Shown here piece after piece: positions 30,521 to 37,797 of a DNA stretch of 37,797 nucleotides. The DNA is from Pseudomonadota bacterium. GTDB lineage: Bacteria > Desulfobacterota > JADFVX01. The notes beneath the pieces are model-generated. The model made no database searches. It worked only from the letters and a program-made list of their open reading frames with translations, and was not told the DNA's origin. Made by a program: the position numbers and the translations under genes. The DNA is taken from the NCBI GenBank assembly GCA_015222755.1, contig JADFVX010000075.1:1-37797 (forward strand), given 5' to 3'. Position 1 is the stretch's first letter, and the number at the start of each line of letters is the position of its first letter.

Positions 30521-30543
30521 AAATATTTGTGATTTCGTGAGTT

Positions 30544-30572
30544 ATTCTAGCCGAAGAGCCGGAGAAGGTCAA
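30544..30572 (-). promoter_or_regulatory. Sigma70 promoter of the pyr operon
   Basis: TTGACC (30567-72)-N17-TAGAAT (30544-49). Confidence 0.7.
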
Positions 30573-30575
30573 TTG

Positions 30576-31574
30576 TTAATTTGACGCTGACCCAGGCTTT
30601 CCCGGCATCTCTTCATAGTCTCTCATGGTTGCCTTTATAAGGCGTTCTATGCTGTTTTCAACAGGCCTGTTCCAAAGATGAACGACCCGCTTGCTTATCT
30701 CCTGGAGATTTTTAGCCGCAACAGAATCACGGCAATTAGACACAAGGGGCAGCCTTTTTTTAACTGCCCTCCGAACGCTAGGGTCTTCAAAGACAAAACC
30801 TATATAGTCAGCTTCTATGCTTAAACGCTCTCTTAGTGCCTTGTCAAAGGCATCCAGAACATTCAGTTCATCCGGGTGGTCACCCATGTTAAAGATAAAG
30901 CGCGGTCGACATTTATCACAGACATAGCGCATTTTTTCTGCCACTTCAGCATCTATGTCTCCAGCCTTTATTATAATTTCTTCAACATTAGGGACTTCGG
31001 CAGATATAGGCTGGTGATAGAGTTCCTCAAGCATCTCGCATATCCATTTATTATGACGTGAAACCTGCCTGAATAACCTGTAAATGAAGTTTCTAAGGAA
31101 ACCAAGCACGTTCATCATGGAAGAATAGTCAAAGGTGGCAACAATAATACCGCTGTGTGCAAGGCCGAAGTAATCCAGAACATTGTAAGAACTGCCGGCA
31201 CCGAGGTCGAGGATAATATAATCGGCAGGAAGTCGTTTTATCTCCTTTAAAAGTTTAATCTTCTGCACATATTGGATGTTCGCCATAAAGGGCGTATGCC
31301 CGTCTCCAGGCAAAAAATGCAGATTAGCATGGGCAGTTGGCACAAGCAGGGATTCAAGATCACCGGCTTTTGCTTTAAGATAATCACCTATACCCGGGTT
31401 TGTATTATGAAGGCCGAGATAGTTATGCAGGCTGGATCCACCAAGATCAAGATCTACTGCAATTGTGGATTTTCCGAGTTCGGCAAGGGATATAGCAATA
31501 TTGGCAGCAACAAGGCTTTTACCTACACCGCCCTTCCCTCCTGCCACAGGTATTATAGTTGGTTCAGCTTCCAT
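30576..31574 (-). CDS. MinD/FlhG-like ParA-family ATPase
   Basis: Deviant Walker A GGKGGVGKS, VDLDLGG, DYIILDLGAG, FIFNM, D..VRRAV. Confidence 0.88.
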   Translation of the reverse strand: MEAEPTIIPVAGGKGGVGKSLVAANIAISLAELGKSTIAVDLDLGGSSLHNYLGLHNTNPGIGDYLKAKAGDLESLLVPTAHANLHFLPGDGHTPFMANIQYVQKIKLLKEIKRLPADYIILDLGAGSSYNVLDYFGLAHSGIIVATFDYSSMMNVLGFLRNFIYRLFRQVSRHNKWICEMLEELYHQPISAEVPNVEEIIIKAGDIDAEVAEKMRYVCDKCRPRFIFNMGDHPDELNVLDAFDKALRERLSIEADYIGFVFEDPSVRRAVKKRLPLVSNCRDSVAAKNLQEISKRVVHLWNRPVENSIERLIKATMRDYEEMPGKPGSASN

Positions 31575-31619
31575 ACCGGTCTCATACTTCGGGTTGATTT
31601 ATATATAAGGAACCCGTGA

Positions 31620-31647
31620 ATTATAACTCCCTTCAATATCTTGTCAA
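31620..31647 (-). promoter_or_regulatory. Consensus sigma70 promoter for the MinD/FlhG-like gene
   Basis: TTGACA (31642-47)-N16-TATAAT (31620-25) on the minus strand. Confidence 0.75.
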
Positions 31648-31723
31648 AGAAAAACTTGCTTGCGCAGTCCACCGGATACCCTCTTTGTGTTATTATGCTT
31701 CCAAAAAATCAAGGAGAACTCCT

Positions 31724-32737
31724 TTGTTCCGTAATGATCCTGCCCGACAAGGCCTTTACAACTCAGCTCAAATATCCCTGGATGCAGACAAGAAATGGGT
31801 CTTTAAGACTACAGGCATAATACAGTCCTCAGCTGTGGTCCATAAAAAAACTGTATATTTTGGCTGTAATGATGAAAAAGTCTATGCTATAGATACAGAT
31901 ACAGGAAGTGAAGTATGGAGCTTTTCTGCTGAAGAAAGGGTAAAGGCTACGCCTGCAATAGTGGATAATATTCTCTACACTGGATGTCTTGCCGGCTACC
32001 TCTACGCGCTGGATGCAAATAATGGACAAGAGCTGTGGCGCTTCAAAACAGAAGGTGCCATCAAATCCTCAGCCCTTGTGTCCGAAGGCCGCGTATTTTT
32101 CGGAAGTACCGATGAGGCTGTCTATGCCATTGATGCAAAAACCGGTGATGAAATATGGTTCTTTGAGGCAGAAGGAGGGATAGATTCCTCACCTGCTCTT
32201 TATGGCGGGACACTCTTTGTCGCCAGCTGGGACAAGAAGCTTTACGCCTTATCAGTTGAAGATGGAAGGGAGCTATGGAGATTTGAAACTGAAGGCCCTG
32301 TCATGTCAACACCGGCCATAAAAGATGGAATTATTTATTTCGGCAGTAATGACAGTTATTTTTACGCACTCGACTGTAAAACGGGCCGGAAACTCTGGAG
32401 GTTTACGGCTGGCAGCAAGGTGACCTCTTCAGCAGCCATTAAGGACGATATTATTGTTTTTGGGGGGGGAGACGGTGACCTCCATGCATTAAACAGAAGT
32501 GATGGAAAAGAGATCTGGAGGGCAAAAGTTGGGAGCTGGGTATATTCATCACCTTCGATTGCAGGCGACCAGCTGTATGTAGGAGGTAATGACGGAAATC
32601 TCTACGCTTTTTTGCTTGAAACGGGGCAGGAGATTTGGCGTCTCAAGACAAGCGAGCCTATAGAATCCTCCCCGGCAATAGCTGAGGGGGTGCTCTATTT
32701 CGGAGGATGGGATGAGAACATGTATGCCATATCTTGA
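31724..32737 (+). CDS. PQQ-like beta-propeller repeat protein (BamB/YxaL-like), no signal peptide
   Basis: About 8 repeats of W.F.T.G.I.SSPA....VYFGS.D..LYALD..TG. In-frame TTG at 31724 follows AAGGAG and gives MFRNDP.R.G; the ORF-track start at 31616 overlaps the divergent promoter. Confidence 0.85.
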   Translation: MFRNDPARQGLYNSAQISLDADKKWVFKTTGIIQSSAVVHKKTVYFGCNDEKVYAIDTDTGSEVWSFSAEERVKATPAIVDNILYTGCLAGYLYALDANNGQELWRFKTEGAIKSSALVSEGRVFFGSTDEAVYAIDAKTGDEIWFFEAEGGIDSSPALYGGTLFVASWDKKLYALSVEDGRELWRFETEGPVMSTPAIKDGIIYFGSNDSYFYALDCKTGRKLWRFTAGSKVTSSAAIKDDIIVFGGGDGDLHALNRSDGKEIWRAKVGSWVYSSPSIAGDQLYVGGNDGNLYAFLLETGQEIWRLKTSEPIESSPAIAEGVLYFGGWDENMYAIS

Positions 32738-32792
32738 AATTCACCTTGTTGAGATCAGCAAGGGATCAGCTCTGAGCTTTTAACCCAAGGCT

Positions 32793-33425
32793 ATGGCAGA
32801 TGGCAAAAAAATATGCAGCTTGCTGTTTGAGCAATTCCCCTCTCCTGAAATTGCGCTCAACTTTTCAAGCCCACTGGAACTGCTTATAGCAACAATACTT
32901 TCGGCACAATGCACTGACAAGAGGGTCAATATAGTAACAAAGCCCCTTTTTGAAAGATACCGGACAGTAGATGATTATTCTGAGGCTGAGCTCTTAGAAA
33001 TTGAGCAATATATCCACTCAACGGGCTTTTACCGCAACAAGGCGAAGTCTATCAAGACCTGTTGCCAGATAATAAACAAACAATTTAAGGGCAGTGTCCC
33101 ATCCACAATGGAAGACCTTCTCACACTTCCCGGTGTGGGCCGTAAAACGGCAAATGTTGTACTGGGAGCTGCATTTGGAATACCTTCTTTGCCGGTAGAT
33201 ACCCATGTTATACGCGTCAGCAACAGGCTGGGACTTGCCGACAGCAAAGATCCTGATAAGATAGAACTGCAGCTTATGAAACAGGTGTCCAGAAATGACT
33301 GGATGCATTTTGCTACATCACTGATCCTTCATGGCCGGCAGATCTGTAAGGCAATAAAGCCGGAATGCGGGTCTTGCTACATATACAGCGAGTGCGAATG
33401 GAAAGAAAAACCTGACTACAGCTGA
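32793..33425 (+). CDS. nth: Endonuclease III
   Basis: LSAQCTDKRVN, HhH LPGVGRKTANVV, VDTHV.R, CX6CX2CX5C [4Fe-4S] motif. Confidence 0.97.
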   Translation: MADGKKICSLLFEQFPSPEIALNFSSPLELLIATILSAQCTDKRVNIVTKPLFERYRTVDDYSEAELLEIEQYIHSTGFYRNKAKSIKTCCQIINKQFKGSVPSTMEDLLTLPGVGRKTANVVLGAAFGIPSLPVDTHVIRVSNRLGLADSKDPDKIELQLMKQVSRNDWMHFATSLILHGRQICKAIKPECGSCYIYSECEWKEKPDYS

Positions 33426-33503
33426 AAAACTCTTTGGAAATATATAATGCGGGATGTTTCTTTCCCGTCCCAGGCGCTTCACCCTGAAGGAGGGTGTCCC
33501 TGT

Positions 33504-33947
33504 TTACTTCTTTCCTCTACCCTTCCCTTTCCTCTCTTTATTCTTCCCACCGCCCTTATCCGTGCCACCCTTAAGGTCGTGACCCGCCTTTAGGGCATGA
33601 AAGGCCCTGGAGCCCGGCTTTATTTCGAGACCTTTAGCAACGACACCCCATCCCTTCCCCTTGGACTTTTTGTACTCCCTCAGCACATCCTCTACAGGCT
33701 GGTTCGACAGCTCGCCCAGTCTGAGCACCATATAGGCGTCTGCCGGCCTGTCGACATTGCTGAACACGGCCTTAAGCTGCACGTCGCCTACCTTAAAGCG
33801 GGTCGTCAGTCTTGTCTTAAAACCCGATGAATCCCCTTTTACCTCGATGTTAAGCTCCTTTATCCATTCGAAATCACCAGCCGAAGCGGCAGGAGCAAAG
33901 AGGAAAAAGCCTGCCTGGACGAGGAAAAGATATTTTAGATACTTCAT
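33504..33947 (-). CDS. Secreted hypothetical protein with basic Gly/Lys-rich tail
   Basis: Signal peptide ending ASA; 'PADAYM...GKGWGVVAK.L.IKPGS.AFHALK'; strong GGGAGG SD. Confidence 0.85.
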   Translation of the reverse strand: MKYLKYLFLVQAGFFLFAPAASAGDFEWIKELNIEVKGDSSGFKTRLTTRFKVGDVQLKAVFSNVDRPADAYMVLRLGELSNQPVEDVLREYKKSKGKGWGVVAKGLEIKPGSRAFHALKAGHDLKGGTDKGGGKNKERKGKGRGKK

Positions 33948-34030
33948 TTGAGCCTCCCTTTATTTTTCACGATTGTTTTGAATTAAGTATGCCGTCCCCC
34001 GAATTCCCTGAGATCACAGTATACTCCCCT

Positions 34031-34061
34031 GCCTTAAGAAACAAAACCTCTATCACGCTAG
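34031..34061. repeat. 31-bp imperfect repeat, copy 1
   Basis: gccttaagaaacaaaacctctatcacgctag; 24/31 identical to 35466-35496. Confidence 0.5.
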
Positions 34062-34180
34062 TTACTGGCCGGTGCAGAGCAGAAAAGAAACTATTGTGAG
34101 GATAAGGGTCTAAGTCGCCTTATTAAGCTGAAAGGATCTGTCCTAGAGGGACAGAAAGTTGTAAGAGAAAGCGGGTAATG

Positions 34181-35386
34181 TCACTCCTCATTCCCGTATT
34201 TATATAGTACCATCTTGTTGATGGTATCCTCCATGCGGACCTTCAGATAGCGATTCAGAGTCTCTTCTATGTTGGGATATCTCTTCCCGTAGCCCTTTAG
34301 GTCATCCCTTTTAAGTTCCATAACCTCTACATCGCCCAGTGCCCGCACCGTTGCCGTCCGCGGCTTACCCGTGATGAGTGAGACCTCGCCGAAAAATCCC
34401 CCCTCCTTCAGCTCCGCGAGCCTAAGCTGCCCCTCATCCTTATTCGTAAGTACCTCTACATGGCCGCTCTTTATGATGAACAGGGAGTCCCCCTCATCAC
34501 CCTCCCTTGTCAGGATATCCCCCTTCTTGAAGCTCCTCAGGGTAAAGTGCTCAAGGAGCCCCAGCCTGTCCTCTCTCTTAAGGGTGTTGAAGAGTGGCGA
34601 TACGGCCAGGATCTTGTCCAGTACCCTCGTTCTGAAGTGGAAATCAAGGATCTCCAGTATTCTGGGATGCCCCTTTGCTATACTTTCCACATCAGCCCTT
34701 GTCATCTGGAGAACCTCCGTATCGTCAAGTGCCATGACAGATGCGTGGCGTTTGCCGTCGGTAAAGAAGCCCGTTTCACCGAAGAAGTCCCCCTCCTTCA
34801 GCTGGGCTATCTCCACCCTTTCACCTACAACCCCCTCTATAAAGAGCCGCACCGCACCTCTGCTTATTATGTTGATGGAGCGCCCCTCGTCACCCTCACG
34901 CCATATGATGCTCCCCATGGGGAATGTGAGCCTCTTGAATGTCTCCACAAGGGGCAGGAGGTCCTCCTTCTTAAGCTCCGTAAGTAAAAGGAGTGAAGGT
35001 CTCCCTCCACTGGCTGGCCCTTCGGCATCTTTCGATTCTGCAGCCTTTTTCTTCTCCTCTAACTCCTGGCGGGCACAGAGCTCCTCCATCTTCTCCTTGG
35101 GAGTGCCAAGAGAGGGGTCCATCTCCAGTATCTTCTTGTATAGGGACAGGGCATTGATAAAGAACCCCCCCTTTGCATAGCTCTCTGCAACATCCTCGTA
35201 GAGTTCTATAGCCCAGCCATCATCGCCCATCCTTTCTATAATCTCAGCTAGTTTCAGCTGAATATCGAGGTCGGCGGGAAACCTCCTATGCAGCTCCTGG
35301 CAGGCGGACTGACTCTTGCTCAACTCCCCCCTCCTGAAGGACTGGATCACAATTTCACGAAGTTCATCGACACTTAGTTCCTGCAT
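34181..35386 (-). CDS. TPR + tandem cyclic-nucleotide-binding domain protein
   Basis: N-terminal TPR-like helices (A..LYKKILEMDP); two CNB domains with GDFFGE...RHASV and GGFFGE...PRTATV. Confidence 0.9.
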   Translation of the reverse strand: MQELSVDELREIVIQSFRRGELSKSQSACQELHRRFPADLDIQLKLAEIIERMGDDGWAIELYEDVAESYAKGGFFINALSLYKKILEMDPSLGTPKEKMEELCARQELEEKKKAAESKDAEGPASGGRPSLLLLTELKKEDLLPLVETFKRLTFPMGSIIWREGDEGRSINIISRGAVRLFIEGVVGERVEIAQLKEGDFFGETGFFTDGKRHASVMALDDTEVLQMTRADVESIAKGHPRILEILDFHFRTRVLDKILAVSPLFNTLKREDRLGLLEHFTLRSFKKGDILTREGDEGDSLFIIKSGHVEVLTNKDEGQLRLAELKEGGFFGEVSLITGKPRTATVRALGDVEVMELKRDDLKGYGKRYPNIEETLNRYLKVRMEDTINKMVLYKYGNEE

Positions 35387-35465
35387 ATCAGTTTTTCCTT
35401 CTCTCTTTCATAATAGATATATACCTCATTATTCTGTGAATACAAGTTTAATTCTACAAGTCCCG

Positions 35466-35496
35466 GCCTTGAAACACAAAACCTCTGTCAGCTTAG
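35466..35496. repeat. 31-bp imperfect repeat, copy 2
   Basis: gccttgaaacacaaaacctctgtcagcttag; 24/31 identical to 34031-34061. Confidence 0.5.
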
Positions 35497-35498
35497 CA

Positions 35499-36389
35499 TT
35501 ATCCCGCTGCCAGCCAGGCGGTGATGACAATCAGAAGCGCAGCTGTGCCGAGTGCGGCCTGATAGACGGCCTTAAGTCTCACTCCACTGCCGAATCTCCC
35601 GTAGAAGGCGCCGATGGCTGCGCCTGAAATAAAGCCTGTAATATGAGACGTTACATCGATGCGCTCCCCCGGCCCTCCAAGAAGGCCGAGCAGCATCATA
35701 CCGCCGATGATAGGCATCCAGCGGCGCAGCCTCCGGTAAGGGCTCTTATGGCCTGTCCTCCATGTATGGGCTGCAACTATCCCCAGTGCGGCGAAGACGG
35801 CAGTTGAGGCCCCGATGGAGTTATGTGACGGTGAGTGGATGAAGGCGCTCACTATATTCCCCGCTGTGCCGGCAATGAGGATGCTGAGCCATGCGACGCC
35901 GCTGCCCAGGATCTGAGAGGCAAAGAGGCTAAAGACAAGGCCAAAACCGATATTTCCTATAAGGTGAGGAAAGTCGGCATGAAGCGTAAGTGCCGTTACG
36001 GCCCGCCAGCACTCACCCTGGCGGATCAAAGCGGCATTTGCGCTCCCGATCTCATTCAGATCAAGGCTGATAAGATTGTAATTTGGAACTGAATCGACAA
36101 GGAGCAGGATTGATACATAGGTGAGCGATCCCGGCAGACCCTTTAAGATACCCGGTCTTTCTGGTTTCTTTTTCCCCTCTTCCTCTCTATTTTCCAGAAA
36201 GTAGAGGCGGAGCTGCTCCCTGGACTCTGCAAGCTTGTCGGGACGCACTATAAGAAGGAAATGGCCCTCCCATGGAAGCACTTCAGAGGAGATTCCAAGT
36301 GATTCAAGTACAAGGGCAGCATCAAGGCAGGGCTTACGTTTTCTGCTCTGGTATACGATCCCCTTATTAAGATTGCTCGTATCAATCAA
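35499..36389 (-). CDS. Rhomboid family intramembrane serine protease
   Basis: WR..TALTLH....HLIGN, catalytic GAS (SIGASTAVF), D..SH..GF..G; soluble N-terminal domain. Confidence 0.92.
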   Translation of the reverse strand: MIDTSNLNKGIVYQSRKRKPCLDAALVLESLGISSEVLPWEGHFLLIVRPDKLAESREQLRLYFLENREEEGKKKPERPGILKGLPGSLTYVSILLLVDSVPNYNLISLDLNEIGSANAALIRQGECWRAVTALTLHADFPHLIGNIGFGLVFSLFASQILGSGVAWLSILIAGTAGNIVSAFIHSPSHNSIGASTAVFAALGIVAAHTWRTGHKSPYRRLRRWMPIIGGMMLLGLLGGPGERIDVTSHITGFISGAAIGAFYGRFGSGVRLKAVYQAALGTAALLIVITAWLAAG

Positions 36390-36453
36390 AAAAGTGCCCC
36401 TGTAATATAAGAGAGAAGATGCCCGGAAAAGAAGCCGGACATGACCCTTTTCT

Positions 36454-36975
36454 CTAGCCCTTGCCTTCCAGTATCTTTAGGTCATAAGCTGCCTTATCCT
36501 GCAATCTGACCCTCAGCTCTCTAACAACGATCCTCACATGCCCATCATATTGAATTGTAGAGAGTGTATCCCTTATAAGTTTCAGGACTACTTCCTGATT
36601 TGAACCACCTGTGCCAGCCCCTATGAGGGGAAAGGCAAGCGATGAGTATCCTTTAGCTTTTACTATCTCCATGGCGCTGTGTATGGAGTCGGTAATTGAT
36701 TTTTCTGTAGAAACCCAAAAGAAGTTTATTCCGGCAACATGGATGATCGCCTTATAGGGGAGCTGGCCGGACGATGTTTCTACGGCGCCGCCCAGAGGGA
36801 TGGGGCCCTTTTTTGCGAGCTCCCTGAAAGGTCCCAGGCCTCCTCTTTTCTTGATAGCGCCTGAAACTCCCTGTGGCAGCAAAAGCCACCAGGGGATAAT
36901 GTTCCTGTTCCAGGGATTTACGATTACCTCGACCTCCTGGTCCAGGAGATCACCTTCAACGATTTTAAGATCCAT
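36454..36975 (-). CDS. Macro domain (ADP-ribose binding/processing) protein
   Basis: VEGDL....EVIVN, GVSGAI, G.AV.T.SG.L..KAIIHVAG, SLAFPLIGAGTGG. Confidence 0.9.
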   Translation of the reverse strand: MDLKIVEGDLLDQEVEVIVNPWNRNIIPWWLLLPQGVSGAIKKRGGLGPFRELAKKGPIPLGGAVETSSGQLPYKAIIHVAGINFFWVSTEKSITDSIHSAMEIVKAKGYSSLAFPLIGAGTGGSNQEVVLKLIRDTLSTIQYDGHVRIVVRELRVRLQDKAAYDLKILEGKG

Positions 36976-37142
36976 TAAAAGCCTACCTTTTATACTCTCT
37001 TTAAAATGCCCCTGTCATACAGGAGAGAGTATGCCCGCAATTATCTCTCCCCGATTTTTAATGGAATATATCTCTATCTTTTCATAAACGGTCTCAGAAC
37101 TCCAGACAGTTTATCTCCTTCTGGCATATTTGCAGGAAAAGC

Positions 37143-37172
37143 TTGACACATTTGTAGCTTAGCACAAATAAT
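37143..37172 (+). promoter_or_regulatory. Sigma70-type promoter for fbp (possibly leaderless mRNA)
   Basis: TTGACA (37143-48)-N18-AATAAT (37167-72); ATG follows 7 nt later. Confidence 0.5.
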
Positions 37173-37179
37173 ACCGCCT

Positions 37180-37797
37180 ATGAATTATCTCCATCAAACT
37201 GAGCCCTCTCTGGATGAGCAGATAGATGAGCTTGAACAGGAAATCCTGAAGATCGACAGTCGCCTGGCCTCTCACATCCCTTCCACTCTATGGATTTCCG
37301 ACCTCCACGGTGAAGGTGAGCGTTTTAAGTCTATCCTGCGGGGACGTTTCGGACTGATCTACCAGACCTGCAGGGAGGTCCTGCATCAAAGCATATCAGA
37401 TCAGAGGATCCGGCATCTGGTGCAGATAATCCGCAAGCAATCCTACACGAGATCAGATCAGGATGAGTTCAGTGTTCATGAAATCATTGGATTATTGACT
37501 CAGGTCATCAAGTTCAAGATGGATCATGTGGAATATGAGGCAGAAAAAGCCATCCTGCCGGAGTACCGCCAGTATATCCTCAAGCTTATTGCAGGAGAGG
37601 AGATCCCGGGCGATCTGCTTAAGGTAGAGAGGGTTGCCAGGGCCCTAGTCCTTAACCTTTGCCACACCCTTAAGCATGTTCTTCTGGACAGGATTCTGGT
37701 GCTGGGAGACATCTGGGATCGGGGGCCTCAGCCGGATCAGATTATCCGCATCCTCTCTTCCAGGCAATATGCGCCCTTTGTGGATATAGTCCTGGGC
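37180..37797 (+). CDS. fbp: Fructose-1,6-bisphosphatase class 3 (metallophosphoesterase fold), 5' part
   Basis: Absent from the ORF track (no stop in window). Own translation: MNYLHQ...WISDLHGEGERFKSILRG...LDRILVLGDIWDRGPQPD...VDIVLG, matching the class III SDxHGE and GDIxDRGP motifs. Confidence 0.8.
   Translation, partial: MNYLHQTEPSLDEQIDELEQEILKIDSRLASHIPSTLWISDLHGEGERFKSILRGRFGLIYQTCREVLHQSISDQRIRHLVQIIRKQSYTRSDQDEFSVHEIIGLLTQVIKFKMDHVEYEAEKAILPEYRQYILKLIAGEEIPGDLLKVERVARALVLNLCHTLKHVLLDRILVLGDIWDRGPQPDQIIRILSSRQYAPFVDIVLG

Noticed and set aside
30576-31574. Calling the ATPase flhG or minD
   Set aside because: No flhF, flagellar or minCE neighbours; the subfamily cannot be fixed by eye.
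31616-31723. N-terminal 36 codons of the beta-propeller ORF
   Set aside because: Overlaps a consensus divergent promoter; a better SD and start lie at 31711-31726.
34371-35180. 269-aa Ser-rich plus-strand ORF with internal repetition
   Set aside because: Mirror of the duplicated cNMP domains on the minus strand.
37524-37712. 62-aa minus-strand ORF
   Set aside because: Antisense to the partial class III FBPase.

Overview
37.8 kb of bacterial chromosome, with gene content suggesting an uncultured deltaproteobacterium/Desulfobacterota-like organism (inference). Left ~14.7 kb, minus strand: an accessory, partly AT-rich surface-glycan/EPS cluster. In transcription order it encodes an atypical LuxR/NarL regulator, a Zn-ribbon+PilZ protein, a nucleotidyltransferase-like/phosphoglycosyl-transferase fusion, a Wza-like exporter, a B12-dependent CX7CX2C radical SAM methyltransferase of the 'RiPP maturation' family with no visible precursor peptide, a GNAT, an SDR-PLP aminotransferase fusion, a second GNAT, a GT4 and an ABC-2 exporter. 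The remainder is mostly housekeeping: ppnN, recG, greA, a PyrR-attenuated pyrR-pyrB-pyrC-carA-orf-carB operon, a MinD/FlhG-like ATPase, a PQQ-type beta-propeller, nth, a TPR+2xcNMP protein, a rhomboid, a macro-domain protein and a partial class III FBPase at the right edge. The best candidate for an undescribed system is the glycan cluster, which may build a C-methylated, aminated and N-acylated sugar under c-di-GMP control (inference). No rRNA, tRNA, CRISPR array or transposase was recognised.
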